A stretch of 64,000 bases of DNA, taken from the NCBI GenBank assembly GCA_050951545.1, contig JBMNJG010000005.1, forward strand, positions 326,483-390,482, in the 5' to 3' direction. Position numbers and translations under genes: made by a program. The notes beneath the pieces were generated by a model. That model saw only the letters and a program-made list of their open reading frames with translations. It searched no databases and was not told where the DNA came from. The DNA comes from Limnochordia bacterium. GTDB taxonomy: Bacteria > Bacillota > Limnochordia > DTU080. Below, piece after piece: positions 19,455 to 28,886 of the stretch. Numbering within the stretch: position 1 is the first letter of the stretch; each line of letters begins with the position of its first letter.

Positions 19455-19781
19455 TCAATATCGTTCCAGGTCCAGCGGCCCCCTTTATGCATGTCTGCTG
19501 ACTCCACTAACCCTGCGTTGGCCATCTGGTCTTTGTCGTAGTAGAGGGCCGGCACCTCGTAGGTGTTCTTGATCCGGCGAAAGCTGCACTGCTTCTGCTT
19601 CGACGCCGAGATTCCTGGCGTTAAACGCCTCAACCAGTGGTTCTATGTAGGCCAAACTCCACGAGGAGAGTGCCACCTTCGCTTCAGTTGGAGGTACCAA
19701 TCCCAGTGAAATCACTGTGGTTGCAGCAAGTACCCAGGCGAGCCAAACTGCACACCGTTCGTTTACACCCATGGGTCTCAT
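19455..19781 (-). pseudogene. Remnant of an ABC sugar-binding protein gene
   Basis: Signal peptide plus LVEAFNARNLGVE, joined out of frame to ALYYDKDQMANAGL..RWTWND; large internal and 3' deletions. Confidence 0.6.
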
Positions 19782-19887
19782 CCTCCTCTACGGAAATACC
19801 TGCCCCGGCTAGGCTACCATAGGTTACCACCGCTACCCCCTTGCTGACAGGCGTGACTACGACAGCATGTGGGCGAATATTGACGAA

Positions 19888-19924
19888 GGCGGGAGCGATG
19901 ACCCGAAGGCCCACCGTTCCCGCC
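19888..19924 (-). terminator. Hairpin with a TTCG-containing loop downstream of the poly-Cys gene
   Basis: Minus strand GGCGGGAACGGTGGGCC-TTCG-GGTCATCGCTCCCGCC followed by TT. Confidence 0.55.
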
Positions 19925-19980
19925 CAGAGTCAGATGAAAACGCCCATCGTCCAGGACTTTTCGAGAACCGCCTTAAGTTC

Positions 19981-20157
19981 TTACCACCTGTCGCGGTGTC
20001 TAGGGAAGCACGGGCGACGGCAGCAGCAACAGCAACAGCAGCAACAGCAACGACAACGACACCAGTCCCAGGAGCTGTCATGTCTGCGACGTCGACGGCT
20101 ATCCTCGCGGTCACCCCGGTCGTAGTCACATCGATCATGGTAGTACTGGTCCGACAC
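19981..20157 (-). CDS. 58-aa Arg/Asp-rich, poly-cysteine small protein
   Basis: GGAGGAGGTG SD at 20174-20165, GTG start 20157; MSDQYYHDRCDYDRGDREDSRRRRRHDSSWDWCRCRCCCCCCCCCCRRPCFPRHRDRW; Cys run uses mixed TGC/TGT codons. Confidence 0.65.
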   Translation of the reverse strand: MSDQYYHDRCDYDRGDREDSRRRRRHDSSWDWCRCRCCCCCCCCCCRRPCFPRHRDRW

Positions 20158-20309
20158 GGTTACGCACCTCCTCCGATGAACGCTCTTGGCCCTCTCCAGA
20201 AGCAGACTACGTTCGGTTAGGCCGACAGGTAACGGGAATAGAACCCCGAATCGACGTGACTGGGCTCCGTAGCTGCCTTGGGCCTGGGCCGCTAGCATGG
20301 CACACAAAG

Positions 20310-20354
20310 AGCCCCCGGTACCAAGGGCATTGGAGACAGCCCATACCGGAGGCT
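20310..20354 (-). terminator. Terminator-like hairpin
   Basis: Minus strand AGCCTCCGGTA..TACCGGGGGCT followed by CTTT. Confidence 0.5.
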
Positions 20355-20431
20355 TGCTTGTCTAGTGCCAGTAAGTCGCAATAGCCGCAGTTCTATAGGT
20401 AAGGGGGTACTCGTCTAGGTGCCCAAAAACG

Positions 20432-21163
20432 TTACTTAGGCGCCGCAGTTCCTTCTACCCTTGGCCCGACCATGCGCCCCAACGCCAAGGTGTTCGTTCC
20501 TGTCGTAGAGGTATTGCCCCAGGCATACAGGCGAAAGGTCACCTCCACTCCCTCTGGGATATTCTGCAGCATATCAAAGGTGGTTAGATCGATTGTGGGA
20601 ATGGGGTCGCCAGGGGACGTCGTCGTGTTTGGATGCCCCGCTACGTCGCTTTTCATGTAGAGAAATGGATCGGCCAAAAGCGGATCTGGCTGTTTTCGCG
20701 TTCCGGAGGTGCGACCGTAGTAGTTGAATTCGGAGATGATTGTCCCATCGGTCTTGAAGCCGTCGAAGCTCACCTGTAGCTCAACGTTCATAGGCGCAGA
20801 CAGTGCTGAGCGGCGCAGCGATAAATCAAGCGTAGACAGGGAAACCCTGAAATCGGGCTGCACAGTGAAACCGAACTGAAAGTACCCGCCAGCAGCGAAA
20901 GAGTCTGCGCGCGATTGCGCCTTGTCCCAGCCATCCGCCGAAAAGCCATTGGTGAGTGTAGCCAGATTAATGCCCGGCCCACGCGTCAAGTCCATAGGCA
21001 CGATACCAGTCAGCCCTGGGTCGGCCTTAACCAGTTCAGCAGGTTGCTTTATGCCTACCACATTGTAGCAGAGAGAGAAACTGGAGGCTGGTGTGGCTCC
21101 GAAAACTGCCACGCTGAGTAACAGCACGCTCAGAATCATGAAAGAGAGCTCACGCCGAATCAT
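20432..21163 (-). CDS. Secreted hypothetical protein
   Basis: Signal peptide; beta-rich body (YFQFGFTV, VTFRLYAW); AGGGGG SD. Confidence 0.75.
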   Translation of the reverse strand: MIRRELSFMILSVLLLSVAVFGATPASSFSLCYNVVGIKQPAELVKADPGLTGIVPMDLTRGPGINLATLTNGFSADGWDKAQSRADSFAAGGYFQFGFTVQPDFRVSLSTLDLSLRRSALSAPMNVELQVSFDGFKTDGTIISEFNYYGRTSGTRKQPDPLLADPFLYMKSDVAGHPNTTTSPGDPIPTIDLTTFDMLQNIPEGVEVTFRLYAWGNTSTTGTNTLALGRMVGPRVEGTAAPK

Positions 21164-21264
21164 GCCACGATCACCCCTTTTGCAGATATGTGCCCAACTC
21201 CAAGCGAGTACCCCATGCCGAATACATCAGTTGTTCACTGCCCGACTCGGCATTCCTGCGAAAA

Positions 21265-21297
21265 AACTGCCCCAAGCACAGTGCGCCTGGGGCAGTT
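21265..21297 (-). terminator. Intrinsic terminator
   Basis: AACTGCCCCA/TGGGGCAGTT stem with a T-tract on the minus strand. Confidence 0.7.
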
Positions 21298-21322
21298 CTC
21301 TACACATAATTGGTGGCCATGA

Positions 21323-22387
21323 CTACGATCGGAAATCGGGGACCTCTACAGGTTTGCCGCCCTGTTCGGCAGACAGGTGTGCGCAAAGACCAGGTGCAGT
21401 ATAGTCAAGAGCCTTGTAGACATCGACAGGTGGCTCTTTATCCTCCAGGATCGCCTCTATGAAGCCCTGAATCATCACGTATTCGGCAGAGCCGTGACCA
21501 CCTAACGAGGCCCAGCCAGGCAGACCCTTGTGCACTGTGTTGATCGGTATGTTCACCATGCCATGCAGATTCGGTATGTCCTCGAAGTAGCCGATGGTTT
21601 CGGCACCATCGCGTTTTTTCTCAAGGCACCCCTTGGTGCCGTAAACTGAGTAGTAATGGAAGCCCGGCTGGCGCCGCAGACCGAAGCCCGTGAGAATCTT
21701 CACCACGCTACCGTGCTTTGTCTTGAACAAGCCAGCCTCCATGTCGATGGTGCCAAACTCGGTGTCGATGTTCGACCCCGTGTGCATGCCCACCGCTGTA
21801 ACGCATCGATCATCGGTCAGGCTCAAAATGGGACCCAGGCTATGCGTGCAGTAATGGATCGGCGGGTGAAACGCCCGCCACGTCGGCTTTCCATCAGCTG
21901 TTCTGCGAAGAGTCGGACCACCGGGGATGGCACCGCTAATATACTCAGCCTCTCCATAGATGATCTGGCCGAGCCTTCCTTGCCGGACCATCTCCCTCCA
22001 CGACTCGATGAAAGCCCAGAAATTGGGGTTGGCGCCCATCATGTACTTGGCAGGGCTTTCCTTCACAGCCTGAGCTAAGGCCCGGCACTCCTCGAGTGAC
22101 GTTGCCGCTGGTACCTCACTGAGTACGTGTCGACCGCTCTTCAACGCAGCTATGCTTTGTTCCACGTGAAAGGCCGGCGGAGTAGCGATCACGACAACAT
22201 CCAGATCATGATTCAAGAACTGCTCAAAATCACCATAGGCTCCTGGGATGTTCCATTCCCGAGCCGCGCGTTCCACCCGTTCTGGCATCTGATCGCAAAC
22301 TGCCACTACCTTACACTCGGGATGCTTGCTAAACATGGTCAGGAAATTCATGCCTCGTCTGAGTCCGATTACGCCTACTTTCAACAC
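21323..22387 (-). CDS. Gfo/Idh/MocA family oxidoreductase
   Basis: LKVGVIGL Rossmann start, DVVVIATPP..H, HVLSEVP, GGHG near the C-terminus. Confidence 0.9.
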   Translation of the reverse strand: MLKVGVIGLRRGMNFLTMFSKHPECKVVAVCDQMPERVERAAREWNIPGAYGDFEQFLNHDLDVVVIATPPAFHVEQSIAALKSGRHVLSEVPAATSLEECRALAQAVKESPAKYMMGANPNFWAFIESWREMVRQGRLGQIIYGEAEYISGAIPGGPTLRRTADGKPTWRAFHPPIHYCTHSLGPILSLTDDRCVTAVGMHTGSNIDTEFGTIDMEAGLFKTKHGSVVKILTGFGLRRQPGFHYYSVYGTKGCLEKKRDGAETIGYFEDIPNLHGMVNIPINTVHKGLPGWASLGGHGSAEYVMIQGFIEAILEDKEPPVDVYKALDYTAPGLCAHLSAEQGGKPVEVPDFRS

Positions 22388-22528
22388 TCACTCATACTCC
22401 TTCCCGGGGCGCTTGTTTTGCTTCAGGCCCTTGTGTATCAGGTTCGAGGACCCAAGTGTGCTGACCTTTCGCCATTGGGCGCAAAGGCATGTCACGAGGA
22501 GTAAGCGCGCTGATTGGGGCACCGGGTA

Positions 22529-25500
22529 CTACCGCTCCTCAAACCCCTGGACTCTGAACTTCAGCGTGCGGCTATTCTCGGTAACGATACGCACAACGTC
22601 ATCAGGAACCCCGTCGGGCACCTTTACGGAGATCTCCAGCGTTACCTCTACCTCGGCCCCCGGCAAAGCCGCGAGATGACAGATGACCTCGTCAGCGATG
22701 CGTCCAGCATCTCTTCCGACACGCAAGGGGTCTAGCGCCACACCGCCGTGGAAACGGCTGAGCACCAGAGGAGCGGGAGTTGTTGCAGTGGAAGACTCAT
22801 CCTTGTCCTCGGATTTGTGTCCCCCCGGTTGGCACCCATCTACATCTGGCGGCTCAGAGGTAGGAGGAGCAACCTTGACTCGCTCGGCCTCGAGCTGTCT
22901 AGCAGCGATATCGGGATGCACCAGTAGTCCCCGGGGGTCTGAGCTGGCCAGAGTGATCTGTTCGTGTGTACGCAGACCAAGGTAACGGCCACTGCTTTCG
23001 TCGAAGCTGTCCGCATAAGCAAAAGCATCTGAGCGCCAATGGAGAAGACTCATGCCGTCGCCGATCGCCCCTAGCAGAACGTCAGGGCTCTTCAGTCTCG
23101 ACAGATACGGATAGCGAGCATAGTCCTCAATAAGCTGGCGTACCGCCACGTGGTTGCCGCGCCACAACGGCACCCGGTCCAAGTCCATCCGGAGCCGCGT
23201 ACCCGCCAAACTGACTACCAGTAGCTCATCGTTACACAGCTTTCGGCTGGCCCGTACCGCCAGGGCATCCTGTCCGCTTAGTCTGAAGCTCTCCCAGACG
23301 ATGGTGGACTGTGGCGTCTCTTGTATAGGTACCAGAAGCCACTGGTAGGCCTCTGGAATGCGAGCGGTTACAGCATCATCTGCTGCCTTTTCTTGCGTCT
23401 CGGCCTGTCGTACCTGATGCGGCGTAAGATCCAAGGCTGCCTGATCTGCCACAATGGATCTCCAGGCCAGATAGCGGCGTACTGCCTCATCGAGATCCTG
23501 CAGACGGGACTTGTCTGGGGCCATAAAGACCAGAGTATTCCTGTAGAGGCGAGGTGCGCTTCCTCGACTCTCGAGAATCTCCTGGGCACAGAGCTGGGCC
23601 GGCGTATCCGCCCCCCTACTGTGGGGATGATCAAGGCCGAGAATCACCAAGCGTGTATCGAGGTCATCTGGCACGTCTTGAGAGGCCAACGGAAACAGAT
23701 GAACCCGACAGAAATCGCCTGTCTGACGCATGTCGAGGCGCAACCTCTCGCGCACCTCCTTGGCGATGGCCTCGGGCTCCCTCCTCATCTGCTCTGCCCT
23801 ATCGTCCGCCAGTTTGGTAACGGTAGGCTGCGTGGAGTACCAATACCGCGAGCCATCCTGATATAGGTAGGTGGCTGAGGCCGCAAGCCGGCGCAGGGCA
23901 TCGCCGAAGACTGTAGGCGATTCGCCCGGCATGACGCAACCGAGTTTGATGTGCCCATCGTCCAAGCCCCGGTTAGCCGCCGTATGTGTGGGAGCCGAAC
24001 CCATGTAGATCGTTCTGGCAACACGTCGACACGCAGAGAACTTACCCAAGTTGGGTACCTCAGCGTCGATGCGCAATGGCAGCGATGTCGAGCCGTCCAC
24101 ATCCTTTTCGATCACGGGCACCCAGTTGTCGGATAGGTAGCGCGTCAGCTCTCGCTGAACCCGAGGGTCGTCGATAGGGATGCTCGCGGGCAGAATAAGT
24201 GGGTTACGATCACCTTTCTCCCAGAGGCTGTGAATCACGGCTGCCATGAGGCGCAACACTCCGCGCGTGCGCTGAAACTTCAGCAGTGTAGACCAGTCGG
24301 TGTACAGACGATCAAAGACCTCGGGATGAATCGGGTAGGCTGCCTTGAGGCGCGTCTCGTACTCACTGTCGTGGCAGGTCGCCGGAAACTCCTGATGCTG
24401 CGTGCGATAAAGCTCATAGAAGGCCCGGGCCACCGTATCTCGGGCCACAAACTGCTCTCTTTCGACAAGCGGTTCGAACAGACGTCGGCGCACAATCTCA
24501 AAACTCTCTTCGGCACTTGCTGGTCGCCACGATGACTCAATGCGCCCGACCACGTTCTGCAGGCGGTTGAGTGCCTCTCTACCGCGCAAGCCCCCGACCT
24601 CCGCATCATCTGCCTGTGTATGAGGCGATGCGGTAGTATCGGAGGCTGGTAGGCTAATGACAAGCAGACATTGGCGCGCCAGCTTCGCTGACTCGGTGAG
24701 CGCCTGAGCGAAGGTAAACTGCGTCTCAAAGCTACCTGCTGGAAGATCCGCGTGATCGTGCAGCTGGCGTGCATAGGCCACCCACTCGTCAATAAGGACT
24801 AAGCACGGACCGTATTCATCAAAGAGGAGGCGCAGCGCATCGCCCGGGCTTGTCCCTAGTTCGTCGTCAGCTTGGACGCGCGCGAAGGCCTCTTTACCCC
24901 CCAGCTGCCAAGCTAGCTCACCCCACAGAGTCCTGACCACCGTGCCGTCAGGCTTGGTCACCGGATTACCCGGCGATATCCTGTTGCCCACGAGTACGAC
25001 TCTGCGAGCAGTGGGCAACTCATCCAAATCAGCCTCATCAAGAAGGCTGTCGACGCCGAGCAACTCGCCAGCGCGAATGCCAGAGCACAGGTGGTAAAGC
25101 GCCAGCATTGAGTGGGTTTTGCCACCACCGAAGTTGGTCTGTAGCTGCACCACAGGGTCGCCGCCCAGACCTTTCAGGCGCTTAATACCGCCTACCAACA
25201 GACGGCGCAGGCTCTCCGTAAGGTAGGTGCGCCGGAAAAACTCGACGGGATCTTTGTACTCATCACTTCCTTGACCCAGATGGACCTGCCATAGATCCGC
25301 GGCGAATTCAGCTTGCTGGTAGTTGCCGCTGGCCACGTCGTGATGAGGCGTGATCACTTCACGCCAGGGTTTGAGATGAGCGCTAGCCCCGCCCTCAATA
25401 ACGTTGGTGGCACTTTTGCGTCGCTCATGGCGCGCCTGCTCTTCGAAGCGCAGGCGCAACAGCTCCATCCTCAGCCTGTCCACCTCGGCTGCTTGTGGAG

Positions 25501-25873
25501 CGGAAATCGCCGTCAAGAGACGACTCGCTGAGTCTAGGGCCCGATGTGCATCATCGCTAGAGAAGGGAGTTTGGTGGGCCCACCTGTTGCGCACCTCGCG
25601 CAGCTCGCTTACCAAGCTGCGTTCTGCCTGACCAAGTGTCTTGCGGAAGATGTCATTCCACTGCTCCCACATAAGCCGCAGCAGTAGGGCGACATCAAGA
25701 TGAGGCTCGTCCTCGTCACCGCTCCAGACCAGATCGTTTGGCCAGCTTCGGGTGACCCGCGTAATCCAGTACTTGCCGTATTGGGCCTGTAGCTCTCGCT
25801 CCACAAAGGGGGCAATACCCTCTTTCAGTAGCTCGAGCGCCTTACCGACTCGTTCATGGTTGGTCAGTGCCAT
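22529..25873 (-). CDS. Swt1-like HEPN-DUF499 AAA+ ATPase (defence system component)
   Basis: N-terminal HEPN with RNRWAH (Rx4H); LKPWREVITPH, EFAADL, Walker A QTNFGGGKTH, Walker B LIDEW, AYPIHP, FQRTRGVLR. Confidence 0.9.
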   Translation of the reverse strand: MALTNHERVGKALELLKEGIAPFVERELQAQYGKYWITRVTRSWPNDLVWSGDEDEPHLDVALLLRLMWEQWNDIFRKTLGQAERSLVSELREVRNRWAHQTPFSSDDAHRALDSASRLLTAISAPQAAEVDRLRMELLRLRFEEQARHERRKSATNVIEGGASAHLKPWREVITPHHDVASGNYQQAEFAADLWQVHLGQGSDEYKDPVEFFRRTYLTESLRRLLVGGIKRLKGLGGDPVVQLQTNFGGGKTHSMLALYHLCSGIRAGELLGVDSLLDEADLDELPTARRVVLVGNRISPGNPVTKPDGTVVRTLWGELAWQLGGKEAFARVQADDELGTSPGDALRLLFDEYGPCLVLIDEWVAYARQLHDHADLPAGSFETQFTFAQALTESAKLARQCLLVISLPASDTTASPHTQADDAEVGGLRGREALNRLQNVVGRIESSWRPASAEESFEIVRRRLFEPLVEREQFVARDTVARAFYELYRTQHQEFPATCHDSEYETRLKAAYPIHPEVFDRLYTDWSTLLKFQRTRGVLRLMAAVIHSLWEKGDRNPLILPASIPIDDPRVQRELTRYLSDNWVPVIEKDVDGSTSLPLRIDAEVPNLGKFSACRRVARTIYMGSAPTHTAANRGLDDGHIKLGCVMPGESPTVFGDALRRLAASATYLYQDGSRYWYSTQPTVTKLADDRAEQMRREPEAIAKEVRERLRLDMRQTGDFCRVHLFPLASQDVPDDLDTRLVILGLDHPHSRGADTPAQLCAQEILESRGSAPRLYRNTLVFMAPDKSRLQDLDEAVRRYLAWRSIVADQAALDLTPHQVRQAETQEKAADDAVTARIPEAYQWLLVPIQETPQSTIVWESFRLSGQDALAVRASRKLCNDELLVVSLAGTRLRMDLDRVPLWRGNHVAVRQLIEDYARYPYLSRLKSPDVLLGAIGDGMSLLHWRSDAFAYADSFDESSGRYLGLRTHEQITLASSDPRGLLVHPDIAARQLEAERVKVAPPTSEPPDVDGCQPGGHKSEDKDESSTATTPAPLVLSRFHGGVALDPLRVGRDAGRIADEVICHLAALPGAEVEVTLEISVKVPDGVPDDVVRIVTENSRTLKFRVQGFEER

Positions 25874-25876
25874 CGT

Positions 25877-28787
25877 CTATCCCTCACTCTCCGCGAACAG
25901 TCCCGGCTGCCCCGCATCTGACTCCGGTGCCGCTTGCGACAAACGAATGATCTCGGGCCAGCTTTGCACAAGGCTGTTGTACCAGAAGGCCTCGCGCGCC
26001 CATTTCTTACGCTCACACATGGTGTACAGGCGATAGGCCAGATCGCGGGCCATCTCCGCTTCAGAACTGAGCTTGCGCACCAGCTGAGCCGCTATCCTCT
26101 CGCCGCCTGTCTCCAAAGTGCGGACCAACTGATGCACGGACTCCCAGACTGTGAGGCGGGTATCACGGGCTGGATCCCAATCAGCAGCTAGCTCGTCGGG
26201 GGTGAGCAGGCGCACTTGGCCCCCAGCAGAACGCAGGAAGCCTGCCTGGACCATGCCGGAAACGCTGGTGTTCTTGGCCTTCGATAGCGTCTCTGCTACG
26301 CCGTACTCGCCCGCTTCGAAGCCGTGCTGCTCAAACCAAGCCAGGGCCCAGCGGGTATCGGCATCCACATCGTCCCTCTTGCTCCGCCAGCACCTCATCC
26401 AAGGCCTGGTTGATCAGTGTTAATGCCTCACGCACGGTGAGTCGCTCCCCATCCGCATCAAGCACCTTGGCGTAACGCGTGTAGACCGCCATGCCAGGAC
26501 CAATAGCAGCCTGGGCCAAGTCTACCGGAGCGATATTGCCTCTCTGTAGGTGGACGAGAGCCGTGGGCAACTCCGTACGCAAGGCGGTGAGAAACTCCCG
26601 GCGGCTAGCCGTAGGGGCGTCTGCAGGACGAGGGCGGCAGACCAGAACGATGCTGGAGGCGAGGGCGTTGGTGCCCATGGCCACCTGCCTGTTTTGCATT
26701 TCAGTACGCAAGGGCCATGTCCCACTGACACCAAAGCCTGCCTCGATCACTGCCTCGAGAAACGTCTCCCACCCCGTGCTGGCAGTACCAGAAGTACCTT
26801 CAGTCTCGGACTGTTTGAAGGCATAGTAGATGGTCACTGGGAAGGCGGAGTGTGTCTGTTCAGCCAACCGTTGCATGGCCAAGCCCATACCGTCAAGGAA
26901 GAAGGCCTCTGCCTCTGCTCTCCCCCCATGTCGGCTCGGTGAAGCTATCAGTTCTTCTGTCTTTGGCACGGCCACCGTCGCGAAGAGGCTAGGGTAAATG
27001 CGCCGCAGAGAGCGCCGCAACCAGACGTAGAAGAAATCCGATAGATCCGCGTATCCGATGTTGTCGTAGTAAGGGGGGTCGGTGGAGACAACCTTACACA
27101 GTGACTGTTCCTGCTTCTGTGCATCCGCCTGCGTTGATGAGCCCTGCCCCTTTGCAGGAAGTGTGTCAAGCACTTTCCAAACCCAGTCCACCATCGCCAT
27201 CCAGTTTCCCGTTGAACTCGAGAAGGGGATTCCCCTCGGCATAGTCCCAAACCATGGGTATAGCCTGCCTGCCAAAAGTGTTCCGCATCGTCTCGCGCGT
27301 GTTGTGCCACGCACATACCGACGACCAGTAGTCTGCTCCCTTGTCCACAGCGAACGCCAAGATACACCCCCACGGCCTCAGCATAGGCCGTCGCCCCGCT
27401 GCCCCCCGCTATCGAGGCCCAGGCCATCGTCCGACCAGCCAGCGACTTGAGCATCCTGTCGTACCTGCTCGATGGCCTCTTGTACCAGGTCGGAGAAGGT
27501 GGTCAGCGCCACGAGTTGACGCGGGGTGAAGAGATGACCAAAGGTGGTTAGCCCGTAGAGTGGGGGCGAGAACCAGCGTGGGTTGCTGGGCATCTCTACC
27601 TCTGGCTTCCACTCAGGACAAGCTTGTCGCGCTGTTTCTTCCATCCCAGCTAATGGTGGCAAGTAGACGCGTTCGCGTGCCCCCTCCACCACGATCGCCA
27701 TCAGTCGGGCGCCCATGCGTCCGGCGCTAGCCTCCGCGTAGATGTGCTCTGGCTCAATCGGGGTCTCGGACATGATGCACTCGAAGTTGGCCCCCCGCCC
27801 CAGCTTTGTCCCCCGCCTCTTCTCCTCCATATCCTTCGGTTTGCCCACCTTGACCACAAAGCGGTAGCCGCCGTTCTCAATTACTGGCTCCACGTAGGCC
27901 TCCTTGCCCTTCCTGGTGGAGACCATGAAGTTCGAGATAAGGGGCACATCCACATCCGCAAAGGCCGGGTTCGGGCTCTTGACCGTGCGCGCCCAGAGCC
28001 AGGCGATCACGGTGAGCTCCTGACCCACGTACTGCTCGAGGTCAGGTCGTTGCTGAGCCATCTCCGCTGTGATCTCCACCTTCGGGTAGAGATGGCCGAT
28101 CCGCTTCTCGGCTTCATTACGCATCCACTGCCCGTAGTAGCGCACGTCTTCAGCGAGCCCTTGTGCGCCAAGCCACTGCTGCTCAACGACCCCGCGCTCT
28201 TCCCTCGTCTCGGGATTGACTGGGGCCCTGCCCGCAAACTTCGGTGGAATCTCAATCATCGCCTTGTTGATCAATACCGCCACCGGGTTGAGGTCACTGG
28301 CATAGCTTTCCAAGCCGAGCCGTTGGGCCTCAAGTGGCAATGAGCCACCGCCAGCAAAGGGATCGTGAAAGGCTGGTAGCTTGTAGCGATCAAATAGCTC
28401 CTTGGCTCGTGGGTGATCGGCGTTTTCTGCACAAGCCCGGCGCCAGCTCTGCCAGATCTCCTCACGAGCTCGCTCTAGCACCTGTTCGTTGGTGGTGTTC
28501 TTCCACATCACCAGTTCCTTGATGATGTCAAAAAGGCGCTGGCGCTCCGTCTCTTGCGCCTTTTCTGTGGGGAACAACTCTGGATAGGCCGAAGGATCAT
28601 CCACCATCTGAGCAAAGATCACCGCTCGTGCTGCGGCCAAGGGCCTGCGGGCCCACCACAGATGCAGCGTGCTTGGGTGCCCGTGGCGAATAGACTTTTC
28701 TCGAGCGGAGGCGGCGTTTATCGCATCAAGTGGTACGGCGACCTCGATAAGCTTCTTTCTTGTGATCACAGGCACTTCCGTCTTCAT
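25877..28787 (-). CDS. DUF1156 adenine-specific DNA methyltransferase, split by four +1 frameshifts
   Basis: [14 protein letters not shown] (DUF1156), DPFAGGGS (motif I), TDPPYYDN (motif IV), NALASSI; frame breaks near 27405, 27358, 27226 and 26376. Confidence 0.85.
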
Positions 28788-28886
28788 CTACCAAGACCTC
28801 CGGTCTGGAACCTCAGTACAGTACCAACTCTTACAGCAAAGGAGGCATGCGTACCGGCAAAGGCTTTCCGGCTGGGCGTTCTCGCC

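Noticed and set aside
19841-20220. Poly-Gln and poly-Ala/Thr/Val ORFs over the GCA/ACA repeat
   Set aside because: No clear SD or coherent composition; the minus-strand Cys frame has a strong SD, flanking hairpins and synonymous variation.
27220-27410. Phase variation or programmed frameshifting of the MTase
   Set aside because: Runs are only 4-6 nt, four independent breaks would need to revert, and similar indels occur in unrelated genes.
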